Below, in pieces: positions 37,801-47,163 of a stretch of 64,000 nucleotides of DNA. The stretch is taken from IMG/VR virus record IMGVR_UViG_3300025012_000031, positions 91,099 through 155,098 of that record; one strand, given 5' to 3'. Position 1 is the stretch's first letter. The number at the start of each line of letters is the position of its first letter. Source of the DNA: a virus. A program made the translations under genes and the position numbers. The notes beneath the pieces were generated by a model. That model did not search any database. It was given only the letters and a program-made list of their open reading frames with translations, and had not been told where the DNA came from.

Positions 37801-39109
37801 GATTGACGAATCTATCGGTAATTATCAAGGAACATTATTGTTCAACATCTATAGTGATGTCAAAAAACGCCATCTCATCAATAAATGTATTGATGCATAT
37901 GGAAAGAAAGCTCCAATCGTTTATAAGAAGCTGAAAGACCGCTGCGTGCTTCTTCCTATTCTTGAGGAACTCAAAGGACAGAACACCCCAATCAAACCAC
38001 CATCGGATATGCCGCTTAAAGAGATGATTGAAATCCTTGCTCATAATAACTTCGAGTTAACACAGAAGAAAATTATGAAAAGACCCAAAGAAGATTATGT
38101 TGAATACCTAACTCGTATTACAACCGACAAGAAATATGCATCAGCTGACCTCGAGCCACTAAAGGTTACACCGCTCGTTGAAACGGCAGAAGAACTTGAA
38201 ATTAAAACGGCAGAACTCTATCAATACTATTCGCCGAAATGGAGACATGGTAATACTGGTCTGAAGATCATTCAATCATTTAATGTTGATCTCGAATTTC
38301 CTGAGTTCAAAGATTTCAAAGAGAAACACCCAAACACCCAGATCATTCCAGCATTCCATGGTACGGGTTCTGTTGGTGCATCAATGATTCTTCGCTTTGG
38401 TTTCATGGTTATGACTGGTAAGTTTGAGAAGGCCGGAAAAATGTTGGGCCACGGTATCTACTTCACTAATACTCTTGACAAAGCCATCCAATATGTTGGT
38501 GATAAAGGTATGACTAGATCAAGTGGCACAACGGGTTATGTCTTCGAGATGGATGCGTTCACTGGTAGTAGTGATGAGGATTTTAAAGCGGCGGGCGTTG
38601 GTGGTGATGGTATTCGTTCTCCCGAATGGTGCGTCTTTAACCCAAGGGCTCAGTTGAAAATAACCAAGGCTCATAAGGGTGTAATCATACCACGAAACGA
38701 AGCAAAAGAATTAGCAAAGAAACATAACAAGACAATCCTGGACGAAGGTATCTACTTCCAAAAGTTCAAGAAATATAATGACCTACTTAAAGAAAATGAA
38801 ATGATAGAACCGATTGTTGATAATGCTACACCAAGTCAATATTATGATGTAATTGACTTCGTCTTCATGGATGACAGGATTCCGGTTTCAGACTGGGAGC
38901 TTGATGATCCGATTCAATTTACGAAAAGGTTGGCAGGAAATGATCTTGTCTCTGTTGAACATTCGATGATGGGCGGATCAACCGTTAGCATTAAGAATAA
39001 GCTTGGTTATAACGGTACAGTAAGGGTACCATCTGGTGATGAATTCTACAGAGAAAATCCTGAAGGAAATCTAGAATTGTTCATGCAACTAACAGGTCAG
39101 ACAATATAA
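34826..39109 (+). CDS. 1427-aa protein with C-terminal PARP-like ADP-ribosyltransferase domain
   Basis: FHGT, GKMLGHGIYF, K..QY, PEWCVFN (H-Y-E triad); Pro/Ala/Thr linker; GGGAG SD. Confidence 0.85.
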   Translation: MKKHLNNYLIENSMFTDAAGRAKLVPKDPDKTLGNLFVINFLGFLALYQVNPKHSRLVNYLRKYPVKIGSIDDTGSDLTLIIKILNDEGILNDAYTTRYTKLLALMKQGSIDKLDEEVIKDLLKPIKFSQMWTSPKLYSLVNSFKKGDTNLLGMIKPIYEHARRLKYADEFRDVARHVVHDINDPKSPIVAAVDTGKPAAPVTQPAVGNSNTQQTVPTQAAAPVTPINPPPQPVKVRFSGTGIDELDYNDLSKKLPISNAEDGATIFMRLIDSNGAAAFTSVLETVKISLAELSTNVFVRAAAIRIVDKNNDPTNGPILTAAIKLFHDDYISYDVINGPLTRMSPYGFSNIYNATVKLWFNEGRFDAKNLDHLRMIVITGAALTQPIFIARGDNVKGGLDVIDKCKKRLLNDTVEFLKDLFSIDNGYGTWIVQRLRLNSSLYGNYQTWKFFLIDTLVRNIAVDGDNIDWNVVLKACQSDPTMFEEFGLLYARMFDFRKDTFESMKGAVKAAGLFGTGNFAHGATITDFPTFQINEFLVRYIAGEIGAGNFDYSFKDELIKQGGILKVLKEDGRFYDKFCSMLTKDAIQYSRVQDIWKRGGPIEILNFDDGLMISVIGQINIAKHIYMSGYAEAMITNLQRGFEKSPAFKEAFIARAKPLDSNPSGVYNVGYGDVLIGAKTMKRLFGKDYLQQYWLDAIPFVRDNYRGEQFQKQVCFELGEDFFEKYNDELFAVIFSREYSRWDTILGDMRSFGAFYVFNKFFFTKPTQIEKFKTDISTQIENAGPGEIIKFFTDTKITEPVDFVNDIFNNIKNRYEVSSGSSYEDRGAIPVIVDIGAYIVNDADDLPEQLRDLYKDREVRAKKYIDNMLAFAAECDGKDEENYRTVKEKFERANNNENVAVFSKIIREIDRHENKFCEWLNRTKIYTEDEKNKLKSDIVKFSMKGGSQSFNPLASTNISLDIRKNPETYDAEASAAYMLKQARNASYQTWREIDESIGNYQGTLLFNIYSDVKKRHLINKCIDAYGKKAPIVYKKLKDRCVLLPILEELKGQNTPIKPPSDMPLKEMIEILAHNNFELTQKKIMKRPKEDYVEYLTRITTDKKYASADLEPLKVTPLVETAEELEIKTAELYQYYSPKWRHGNTGLKIIQSFNVDLEFPEFKDFKEKHPNTQIIPAFHGTGSVGASMILRFGFMVMTGKFEKAGKMLGHGIYFTNTLDKAIQYVGDKGMTRSSGTTGYVFEMDAFTGSSDEDFKAAGVGGDGIRSPEWCVFNPRAQLKITKAHKGVIIPRNEAKELAKKHNKTILDEGIYFQKFKKYNDLLKENEMIEPIVDNATPSQYYDVIDFVFMDDRIPVSDWELDDPIQFTKRLAGNDLVSVEHSMMGGSTVSIKNKLGYNGTVRVPSGDEFYRENPEGNLELFMQLTGQTI

Positions 39110-39150
39110 CAATGAAAAGGCCGGAAGATGATTTCCGGCCTTTTCATTGT
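39109..39150. terminator. bidirectional terminator between convergent genes
   Basis: ACAATGAAAAGGCCGGAA/TTCCGGCCTTTTCATTGT. Confidence 0.85.
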
Positions 39151-39165
39151 GTACTTATTTTAGAT

Positions 39166-39900
39166 TTAAGGGTTGTACTTATCAAGATCGCTAAATGAAA
39201 TTATATCCCTGAATAAGCAGATGAATTTTTCATCGAGCCGCAGATCACAGTGATAGTGTCCCATCAACCAATACTTGAATTTTGTACTTCTCCTTATGTC
39301 CTCGAGTATACTTTCGGTGTGATCGAATTGCTTGATTAAATTTCTGATAGTTGCAATCTGATCTTTCCGTGTAGATGGCGCAGTATGAGTCAGGACGAAG
39401 TCGACTTTGAATTTATGTTTAGCTAAATTCTCGAAAGCAAAGTCAATTTCCTCGGCCGATGGGGTTTCTTTCGTCCAAATCGATTTAACACCCGTCTTTA
39501 GGAAGTCAGCCTCACGTTCGTGTTTGTCGACTGATTTGGCTCCACCCATTGTGAAGAACTTCAAACCGTCGATGATATAGACCCGGCCTCGCCGTAGATG
39601 ATAAATTGATTCACTGACCTTCCCGACATCTGCACCATATTTAAATACCGTTGGAAGTGTCGCAAGAGCATCGTGATCTTCGTGGTTGCCGTCAATGAAA
39701 AGGATGGTGAAATTGCAATTCTCTAACACCCCACGAATAGCAGCTTCCGTGAGTGGCCGTTTCTGTGTATTGAAAAATAACCCGGTGTCTCCAAGCAGAA
39801 TCAATTTGTCCGCCTTGGTGAGTTGTTGGTTATCTGCATTGAACTTGAGTAATTTCTCAAGATCGTAATAGCCGTGATTGTCTGCTCCGAAATAAATCAT
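39166..39900 (-). CDS. calcineurin-like metallophosphoesterase
   Basis: DNHG, LGD, DGNHE, THTAP, GHYH. Confidence 0.92.
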   Translation of the reverse strand: MIYFGADNHGYYDLEKLLKFNADNQQLTKADKLILLGDTGLFFNTQKRPLTEAAIRGVLENCNFTILFIDGNHEDHDALATLPTVFKYGADVGKVSESIYHLRRGRVYIIDGLKFFTMGGAKSVDKHEREADFLKTGVKSIWTKETPSAEEIDFAFENLAKHKFKVDFVLTHTAPSTRKDQIATIRNLIKQFDHTESILEDIRRSTKFKYWLMGHYHCDLRLDEKFICLFRDIISFSDLDKYNP

Positions 39901-40081
39901 ATTCCTTTTTCCCCACATTTTGGACATTCTGTATCAGGAACGTGAAGTGCGAATCCTCGAACATATTTCTCTTGGTGACGCATAACACAACGTTCCGTTT
40001 TTATCGGAACAACCTTCTCGCCACATGCTCTACATATCTTCGTATCGCTCATCTATAATCTCCGATCACTAATTTGAAATA

Positions 40082-40110
40082 AATATAACATATAAGAGGA
40101 TGAATGTCAA
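40082..40110 (-). promoter_or_regulatory. leftward sigma70-type promoter
   Basis: TTGACA-17-TATATT. Confidence 0.7.
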
Positions 40111-40123
40111 TCATTATTTTCTA

Positions 40124-40292
40124 TTGACAGAAGATAATTCTTGTGTTATAATAGAACCGTGTTCGCCGGAGAAAAGATTAATAGGGACCGTGTAGCAAAT
40201 CTTTTTCGTAGTGGTGTATTTTTCTATTGACATTCATCTGATTTGCTGTTATAATAGAACCGTGTTCGCCGGAGAAAAGATTAATAGGGACC
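40124..40292 (+). repeat. tandem duplicated consensus promoters with 46-bp direct repeat
   Basis: TTGACA-17-TATAAT at 40124 and 40227; identical 46-mer at 40144-40189 and 40247-40292. Confidence 0.92.
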
Positions 40293-40364
40293 TTGGAGAA
40301 ATCCTCGAGTCCCTATATTAGTATCTTGATAAATATAACAAATTAAATAACTTGGGAGTAAATT

Positions 40365-40802
40365 ATGGAAATGACACTGTCTGAACAGAGGGACAAAATC
40401 ATCGAAAAGTTCCAAGAACTCAAAGCCAAATCGGTTAGTGATGTCAAATTTGACAGGGGTTCGTTGGAAAAATCTTTCGACTGTACGATGAAAATCGCGT
40501 GGTGGATAAACATGCGAACGGAATGGTCTAAGGCTTTTAGGACCTACGAGTACAAGCGAAACAACGCTTGGAAGAAAGCTTATGAGTACTATCGTACGGA
40601 GTATCAACTTAAACTTGAGACGAAAGAAGAGTTTAAGCTTATGGTCGACTCCGATCCTGACTACTTCGAAGCAGCCGAACTAACGAAACTTGTTCAAGAG
40701 ATCATCAACTTCATTGATTCTGTAATTGATAATATGAAAGCCCGGCAGTGGGAGATAAAAAATTGCATGGAGTGGCAAAAGTTTACTAATGGTGTGGGTT
40801 AA
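40365..40802 (+). CDS. uvsY: recombination mediator UvsY
   Basis: YEYY, D.DY, R.WEIKN..EW.KF..G; synteny with uvsW. Confidence 0.88.
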   Translation: MEMTLSEQRDKIIEKFQELKAKSVSDVKFDRGSLEKSFDCTMKIAWWINMRTEWSKAFRTYEYKRNNAWKKAYEYYRTEYQLKLETKEEFKLMVDSDPDYFEAAELTKLVQEIINFIDSVIDNMKARQWEIKNCMEWQKFTNGVG

Positions 40803-41523
40803 TCTTATATGAGTTTAACGACCAACCTTCTGTTGTTGATTTAAGTGTATGGTCATTTTTATAAACAACAGGACCCGAATTCATAAATTTAGTCAATCTT
40901 GTGGCTGAAATATTGTTATCACTACAGAATTTAACGAAGTTACATTTGAGGGTGAATTTGAATGTAATTCCATTCGGGGATGTCATTTCATATATTTTTG
41001 ATTGTGAATTATTTTCTCCTGAATTTAGTTCTCTTTGTCGTTGTTTATATTCTTCTGTATGCTTCTTTCCGTAAAATGGATTGCTTTCGTTAAATTGATT
41101 CAGTCTACGCCATTTAGATGTTCCTAGTTTACGTCCCTTCATTCTTTCTCTAGTTTCATTTTTGTGCTTCTTACCGAAGAATGGATTTTTACTTCCCGTC
41201 ATCGCCAAACTTATCTTTAATTTCGAAGAATCATCGTGATAAATTGAAGACTTATCTCCTTTCATCAAATTATACCCACCTACAGAGACATGCGTATTAA
41301 ATAATTCAATGAAATGTGCTTCTTTTTCACAAAGATCTTGCCCATTAAATGAAATATAGATAATGTCTTTTCTGAAATTCTCTTTCCCATACTTTTTAAA
41401 AGCATTACGAATTAATATACCAGAACCTAGATACCCGTCATCCAATACAGTGGTTCGATGCTGTCCCACATATGACTTGTTATTAATAATATTTGTTGTT
41501 TTATAGATTAGATGATATTGCAT
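40786..41523 (-). CDS. GIY-YIG (Seg-like) homing endonuclease
   Basis: LIYKTTN.INNKSYVG.H, YLGSG, GYN, NPFFGKKH NUMOD3 repeats. Confidence 0.93.
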   Translation of the reverse strand: MQYHLIYKTTNIINNKSYVGQHRTTVLDDGYLGSGILIRNAFKKYGKENFRKDIIYISFNGQDLCEKEAHFIELFNTHVSVGGYNLMKGDKSSIYHDDSSKLKISLAMTGSKNPFFGKKHKNETRERMKGRKLGTSKWRRLNQFNESNPFYGKKHTEEYKQRQRELNSGENNSQSKIYEMTSPNGITFKFTLKCNFVKFCSDNNISATRLTKFMNSGPVVYKNDHTLKSTTEGWSLNSYKINPHH

Positions 41524-41587
41524 GAAACATCTCCGATAAATATTAAAGGCCGTGCTGTTAATATTTATTCATATTAGGATATACATT

Positions 41588-43081
41588 ATGTCAGATATCA
41601 AGGTTCATAAGGTAAATGAGTCAACAATTTTTATAGAAACAACCAATCTTAAGATTTCTAAAGAAATATCAAATTACTTCACCGTAAAGGCCCCTAACTA
41701 TAGGTTCTCGCCTAAATATCGCCAAGGGTTCTGGGATGGGAACATTAGGTTCTTCTCTACTATGGACGCGACTCTTGCGATCGGATTAACGGAAGAACTG
41801 AAAAACTTTGCTCGCGGTGGTGACTATTCGATCAAGCTGAACTTCGAAGATGGGTTCTCGATGGAACCCGAGGAGTTTCGTAAGTTTGTTGATATGCTCA
41901 ACATCGTCGTTCCTGGCGGCGGTAAGCCGAGGAACTACCAGATAGCGGCTGCTTGGGATGCTATTACAAAACGAAGGATTTCTTTAGAGATTCCTACATC
42001 TGGTGGTAAGACACTCGTCAGCTACATTGTTGCTCGATTCATGCAGTTGACTGGCCGAAAGATGCTGATGGTTGTTCCAACAACTTCTCTTGTCGAGCAG
42101 ACATTCTCTGACTGGTATACGTACGGTTGGTATGACATCGACAAACATGTTCACCGCATCTACGGCGGACAGAAGAAAGTGTACGATGCTCCTATTATTG
42201 TTTCAACATGGCAGAGCCTTTACAAAGACAAAGAGCTGTTCTCTGTTTTTGATACACTCCTCGTAGACGAAGCCCACCTAGCAAAAGCAACCTCCTTGAA
42301 GAATATATCCGCGTGGTGTACAAGCGCTGCGCACCGCATCGGTATGTCCGGTACTTATCCTGATGCTGGTAATGCTGACTATCTTACCGTTGTCGGTGCT
42401 CTTGGGCCAATCAAGAAGTACATCACATATCAAGAGATGGCTGATAAGGGATATATTGCAAGGTTGAAGATATTCTCTGTCATTCTTGATTACGACCAAG
42501 AGTTCAGAATGAGGATTAAGAATGAGTGTTATAAGGATTATCCTGGCGAGGGCGATCTTATACATAATCATCCTGGTCGGAATATGTTCATCTCAAAGCT
42601 AGTCAATAATTTAGACAAGAACGTGTTGATTCTTTTCACGAAGATCGAGAAGCACGGCCTTGTGTTGAAGAAACACCTCGAGCAGCACTGTAAGGAAAAG
42701 TCGATCATTTACATTGACGGCGACACCCCGACTATGGAGCGAGAACGGTTCAGGCGAATTGCCGAGGAAAGAAACGATCTCGTCATCCTTGCTTCATATG
42801 GTACATTCTCTACGGGTATTTCTATCAAGAATATTCACCATGTTATCTTTGCATCTGGTTACAAGTCAAAGTATAAAGTTCTTCAATCAATCGGTCGTGG
42901 ATTACGAAAAATGAAAGATAAATTCGTCATCCATCTGTATGATTTGATAGATGATTGTAAGACAAAGAAAAAAGGCGAACCGGCATACATTAACTATTCT
43001 CTTCAGCACTACGATGAACGTAAAATTCTTTATGAAAACAACAACTTCGAGAATAAAGAAATGCGGTACCCAATTAAGTAA
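41588..43081 (+). CDS. uvsW: UvsW DNA helicase
   Basis: WDG.IR, PTSGGKT, DEAH, SGT, STGISIK, QSIGRGLR. Confidence 0.96.
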   Translation: MSDIKVHKVNESTIFIETTNLKISKEISNYFTVKAPNYRFSPKYRQGFWDGNIRFFSTMDATLAIGLTEELKNFARGGDYSIKLNFEDGFSMEPEEFRKFVDMLNIVVPGGGKPRNYQIAAAWDAITKRRISLEIPTSGGKTLVSYIVARFMQLTGRKMLMVVPTTSLVEQTFSDWYTYGWYDIDKHVHRIYGGQKKVYDAPIIVSTWQSLYKDKELFSVFDTLLVDEAHLAKATSLKNISAWCTSAAHRIGMSGTYPDAGNADYLTVVGALGPIKKYITYQEMADKGYIARLKIFSVILDYDQEFRMRIKNECYKDYPGEGDLIHNHPGRNMFISKLVNNLDKNVLILFTKIEKHGLVLKKHLEQHCKEKSIIYIDGDTPTMERERFRRIAEERNDLVILASYGTFSTGISIKNIHHVIFASGYKSKYKVLQSIGRGLRKMKDKFVIHLYDLIDDCKTKKKGEPAYINYSLQHYDERKILYENNNFENKEMRYPIK

Positions 43082-43107
43082 GGATGATGTGAAAACCTTT
43101 ATTTTTG

Positions 43108-43136
43108 TTGACTTTCTTTATGGTTTTTGTTATAAT
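43108..43136 (+). promoter_or_regulatory. sigma70-type promoter
   Basis: TTGACT-17-TATAAT. Confidence 0.85.
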
Positions 43137-43163
43137 AACTAACTTAAGTAAATGGAGGTACAC

Positions 43164-43823
43164 ATGGATATTCCACTTAGAAAACCCGCAAGAGAAAAAG
43201 AACATTATGTCAACAATAAAGAGTTCACCGCTGCCGTTAGCGAGTGGGCCAGATTAGTTAAAAAAGCGAAGAAAGAAGGCACGGAAATTCCTCCAGTGAC
43301 AACTTATATCGCAGGCTGTATTATGAAGATCACCGAGCGGTATTCAAAGAAACCGAACTTCTCTGGTTATACATACCTTGACGAGATGAAATCAAATGCA
43401 ATCTTTCTCAGCTTGAAGTATGCCCATAACTTTGACCCAGAGAAATCTTCGAATGCATTTGCCTATTTCACCACCGTTATCAACAATGCTTTCATTGCTA
43501 TCATCAACAGCGAGAACAAGTATGCGGCCCTGAAGTTCAATGTTTTCAAGGAACAAGAGTTCAATAAGATCGGCGGCAACGACTATCGGAATATTCGCCT
43601 CGGTGAAGATGACGATGAAAGTAATTCATTTTTTGAGGATGATGTTTTTTCAGAAGAAAGAACCGCTCTTGATGAGCTGAATGAAAAGAAACTAAAGGAA
43701 GACCTCGCTCTTGCCGAAATTGATGAGGTGATGCCTGACATTGAGGAGCTGATCGAATCAGGTGAGTTTGTAGAGCTTCTTGATCTTGATCCTGATGACG
43801 AATTAGATGAAGAAATTCAATAA
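43164..43823 (+). CDS. 55: late sigma factor gp55
   Basis: HYVNNKEF, PNFSGYTY..EM, NFDPEKS.NAFAYFT. Confidence 0.95.
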   Translation: MDIPLRKPAREKEHYVNNKEFTAAVSEWARLVKKAKKEGTEIPPVTTYIAGCIMKITERYSKKPNFSGYTYLDEMKSNAIFLSLKYAHNFDPEKSSNAFAYFTTVINNAFIAIINSENKYAALKFNVFKEQEFNKIGGNDYRNIRLGEDDDESNSFFEDDVFSEERTALDELNEKKLKEDLALAEIDEVMPDIEELIESGEFVELLDLDPDDELDEEIQ

Positions 43824-43832
43824 GGTGTAAAA

Positions 43833-44957
43833 ATGATTCCTATCGTAAGTGATACACATTTTGGGAGCAAATCATTCAACAAGGGCATCTTTGAATTAAT
43901 GATGCTTTTCTTCGAGAAACAATTCTTCCCATTCCTGTTGAAGAACAAAGTCAAAGATGTGCTGCATCTCGGCGACGTGTTTCACAATAGGAATATCATC
44001 GATCTATACATCCTCCAGCAGGTTAAACAGCGCTTCTTTCAATTCTTTGAAGACAACAACATCAACCTCCACATCGTTGTCGGTAATCATGACATCTACT
44101 ACAAAACGACTATTGAATATAATGCTCTTGTAGAGAACACAAAAGAATTCAAGAACATCATAATCTACGACAAACCGACAAAGGAAACGATTGGTAGGTA
44201 CACAGTCAATCTCGTGCCGTGGGTTATAAATTACGAAAAGGACCTCGATCTTAGTGTGAACGCCGATATCTGTTGCGGTCATTTTGATATCCAAGGTTTT
44301 AAGATGACCAAGACACAACTATCAGAAGAAGGTGCTGATAGTGAAATGTTCAAGAAATATCCTCTCGTTTTCTCTGGGCATTATCATGTACATGGATCAA
44401 AGGATAACATTCACTATGTCGGTACACCCTATCAAATCAACTGGGCCGACTATGATGAAGACAAGGGCTTCTACGTTCTCAAAGAAGATTTTAAATATGA
44501 GTTCATTCAGAACGAAACAAATGCTCGATTTCTTAAACTTTACTATGACGAGATTGATGATCGCGTTTCTGTTCGTGTCGGTGGACTTATTAGAGGAAGG
44601 GTTGTAGAACTCAAGAATATCAATGAGGCAATTGAACTGGCCTCCAACAACTATGTCCGCCTGATAACAAACAATGTAATGAACAAAACCATGCTAGATG
44701 CATTCTGGACATCTCTAACCCGTGTTTCTAGGGACGATTATAAAATAGAAATCCTTGACGCAAATGAAGTTATCGAATCATTTGACGTTAGCGAACTTGA
44801 AGAGCAGATTCAATGTGAAAGCGATGTATTCTCTACTGTCAGAACATTCCTTGACGGTATGGAGTTTGAGAAAGACATTGACAAGAGTGTTCTGTTGGGG
44901 CTCTTCGAATCTCTTTATAAAGAAGCTTCAGAAATCACAGACGACGGTGAAATTTAA
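43833..44957 (+). CDS. 47: recombination nuclease gp47 (Mre11/SbcD-like)
   Basis: SDTHFG, LGDVF, GNHD, SGHYH. Confidence 0.95.
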   Translation: MIPIVSDTHFGSKSFNKGIFELMMLFFEKQFFPFLLKNKVKDVLHLGDVFHNRNIIDLYILQQVKQRFFQFFEDNNINLHIVVGNHDIYYKTTIEYNALVENTKEFKNIIIYDKPTKETIGRYTVNLVPWVINYEKDLDLSVNADICCGHFDIQGFKMTKTQLSEEGADSEMFKKYPLVFSGHYHVHGSKDNIHYVGTPYQINWADYDEDKGFYVLKEDFKYEFIQNETNARFLKLYYDEIDDRVSVRVGGLIRGRVVELKNINEAIELASNNYVRLITNNVMNKTMLDAFWTSLTRVSRDDYKIEILDANEVIESFDVSELEEQIQCESDVFSTVRTFLDGMEFEKDIDKSVLLGLFESLYKEASEITDDGEI

Positions 44958-46678
44958 TGTTAATTTTTAAAGAACTTACATATAAGAACTTCCTTTCATA
45001 CGGCAATGTTCCAACAACATTCCACTTTGCATCCGGCATCACGAGGATACGAGGAGAGAACGGTGCCGGTAAGAGTTCGTGTATTCTTGATCCACTGTTC
45101 TTTGCTCTATTCGGCAAACCGTACCGCAAGAAACAGAAGCTTGAACATTTGATTAATGCGATAAACAAAAAGGACTTAGAGGTTTCCCTTCTATTTGAAA
45201 GTGGATCATCCGTCTACAGGATTGAGCGAGGAATCAAACCTCATTACTTTAGGATGTTTAAGGATGATGAACTGATTGACATCTCTTCCCATAAGAAGGA
45301 TTATCAGCAACATCTTGAAGAAGACATACTACACTTCAATGAAAACATCTTTGACCAAACCGTTGCCAAGTCGCTAACAAAGAACATATCGTTTCTTGCT
45401 CTCTCAAAGTATGAGAAACGTAACATCGCCGAGGGAATTTTCAACATTGAAATTTTCTCAGTGATGAATCGGTTAGCAAAAGAAAATGTCACGAAGCTTG
45501 AGGATAAAATCTCCAAGGTCATGGCTGACATTCAACACTGTAAGGTATTGATCGAGCGGGAAGTTGTTAACCTTGATCGTCTAAAGAGTATTAAAGAGAA
45601 GATGGACGCCGATACGACGAAGGAAAAGGAACGAATTCTTGCCCAGATAGAAGATGATAAACAGAAATTAAATACATTCACCGAAGCACTCCAGAAAATT
45701 GATTTCTACAAGAACGAAAAGGCTGTTGCCACGGAGAAGTTAAAGTCAATCACCGCTCAGATAAAGGCTACAAAAAAGGATCGTGATGATCTCTCCATTG
45801 CAATTCAATTAGCAGAAAAGAAACTGGAATTGTTCACGAAAACATGTCCTGGTTGTGCCAAACTTGAAGACATTAATACAGGAAGCAGTTTTGAAGTAAA
45901 ACGGGAAAAATATACAGAGATCATCGAGAACTTAAAGGTATTGGTTACAGATCAAGAGGCAACGCAGAATAACATTTCAAAGCTTGACTCGATCATCAAC
46001 AACGAACGATTCGTTAAGAACAGTATTGATGGGCTTCGTAAGAATATAACTAATCTTGAAAATACTCTTAAAGAACAAAACACTCGAGAGAATATTGTCA
46101 TTGATGAAAGTGTTCTGATAGAATACAAGAAGAAGCGCCTTGACAAAGAGAAGGATTATAACAGTCTCAGCCGCTCAAAGAAACACATGGCTGTCATCCG
46201 CAATCTGTTGGCCGATGAGGGTATCAAGTCATTCATCATCAAACGATATCTTCCGTACATCAACAAATTGCTTAACACCTACCTTCAGAAATTTCAATCG
46301 GACATTCTGTTTTATTTTGACACCGAGTTCAACGAAGTCATTGGTACGCGTAATAAAGAGAAATTTAATTACTACTCTTTCTCTGAAGGTCAGAAGAGAA
46401 GAATCGACATGGCTATTCTATTCTCGTTCTTGGAGTTCTGTAAGATCAAGAATCGCAAATCTGACACGAATCTTTTGGTTCTTGATGAAATCACCGCAGG
46501 AGTAGATGCCAACGGCGAAAATATGCTGTATGACATACTTCGGGAGATTGTTCATAAGGAAGGTAAGGAAATTGTCACTGTTAGTCATTCAATGGCTATA
46601 GATTCTGATAAGATTGATAACTGTTATGACGTTAGAATGGAAAAAGGTTTCTCTATCCTCACCAGAGCAGAATCATAA
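44957..46678 (+). CDS. 46: recombination ATPase gp46 (Rad50/SbcC-like)
   Basis: NFLSYGN, GENGAGKS, CPGC hook, FSEGQK, LDE, SH. Confidence 0.96.
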   Translation: MLIFKELTYKNFLSYGNVPTTFHFASGITRIRGENGAGKSSCILDPLFFALFGKPYRKKQKLEHLINAINKKDLEVSLLFESGSSVYRIERGIKPHYFRMFKDDELIDISSHKKDYQQHLEEDILHFNENIFDQTVAKSLTKNISFLALSKYEKRNIAEGIFNIEIFSVMNRLAKENVTKLEDKISKVMADIQHCKVLIEREVVNLDRLKSIKEKMDADTTKEKERILAQIEDDKQKLNTFTEALQKIDFYKNEKAVATEKLKSITAQIKATKKDRDDLSIAIQLAEKKLELFTKTCPGCAKLEDINTGSSFEVKREKYTEIIENLKVLVTDQEATQNNISKLDSIINNERFVKNSIDGLRKNITNLENTLKEQNTRENIVIDESVLIEYKKKRLDKEKDYNSLSRSKKHMAVIRNLLADEGIKSFIIKRYLPYINKLLNTYLQKFQSDILFYFDTEFNEVIGTRNKEKFNYYSFSEGQKRRIDMAILFSFLEFCKIKNRKSDTNLLVLDEITAGVDANGENMLYDILREIVHKEGKEIVTVSHSMAIDSDKIDNCYDVRMEKGFSILTRAES

Positions 46679-46681
46679 AGA

Positions 46682-46689
46682 TATAAATA
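46682..46689 (+). promoter_or_regulatory. late promoter
   Basis: TATAAATA in an intergenic gap. Confidence 0.65.
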
Positions 46690-46723
46690 ACGTATAACAT
46701 AAAAGAAAGTATGACACTTACTC

Positions 46724-46942
46724 ATGGAAAACATTAAGCTACTAAAAATTTTTGCAAAAAGAGCCGGCATCACTACCAGACAAGCAAGGGTGGTGTGGGA
46801 TAACAATGTGAATAGGCTGGTTGCAGAAGGCCACGCTCAATCTGACAGACTATTCATCCAGGATGTTGTTATTGCCGTGCGAAAAGAACTTAATGTACAT
46901 GAGAATACAGCCACTCTTGAAAAATTTAAAAAATATCTATAG
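46724..46942 (+). CDS. small late hypothetical protein
   Basis: Follows the late promoter. Confidence 0.65.
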   Translation: MENIKLLKIFAKRAGITTRQARVVWDNNVNRLVAEGHAQSDRLFIQDVVIAVRKELNVHENTATLEKFKKYL

Positions 46943-46953
46943 GAGATAAAGCA

Positions 46954-47139
46954 ATGGCAAGAATTAAGATAATGGGTTACCCCGTTATTGAAGAAGCTGT
47001 CTTTACTGATGTTGAGCTAACCCCGCTCATTAGTTTACTCAAGGTTAGTGGAAAAATTCAAACAGATCATCCGGTTGATGCTCTACGACCGTTTGAAATA
47101 ATCATTCACCCAGATAGGATAGAATCTTATTTGGAATAA
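46954..47139 (+). CDS. hypothetical protein
   Basis: AGGAG SD. Confidence 0.65.
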   Translation: MARIKIMGYPVIEEAVFTDVELTPLISLLKVSGKIQTDHPVDALRPFEIIIHPDRIESYLE

Positions 47140-47163
47140 CAAACGAAGGAGATAAATGAACGT

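Noticed and set aside
40124-40292. CRISPR mini-array
   Set aside because: Only two copies, each containing a promoter -10 box; no cas genes in the window
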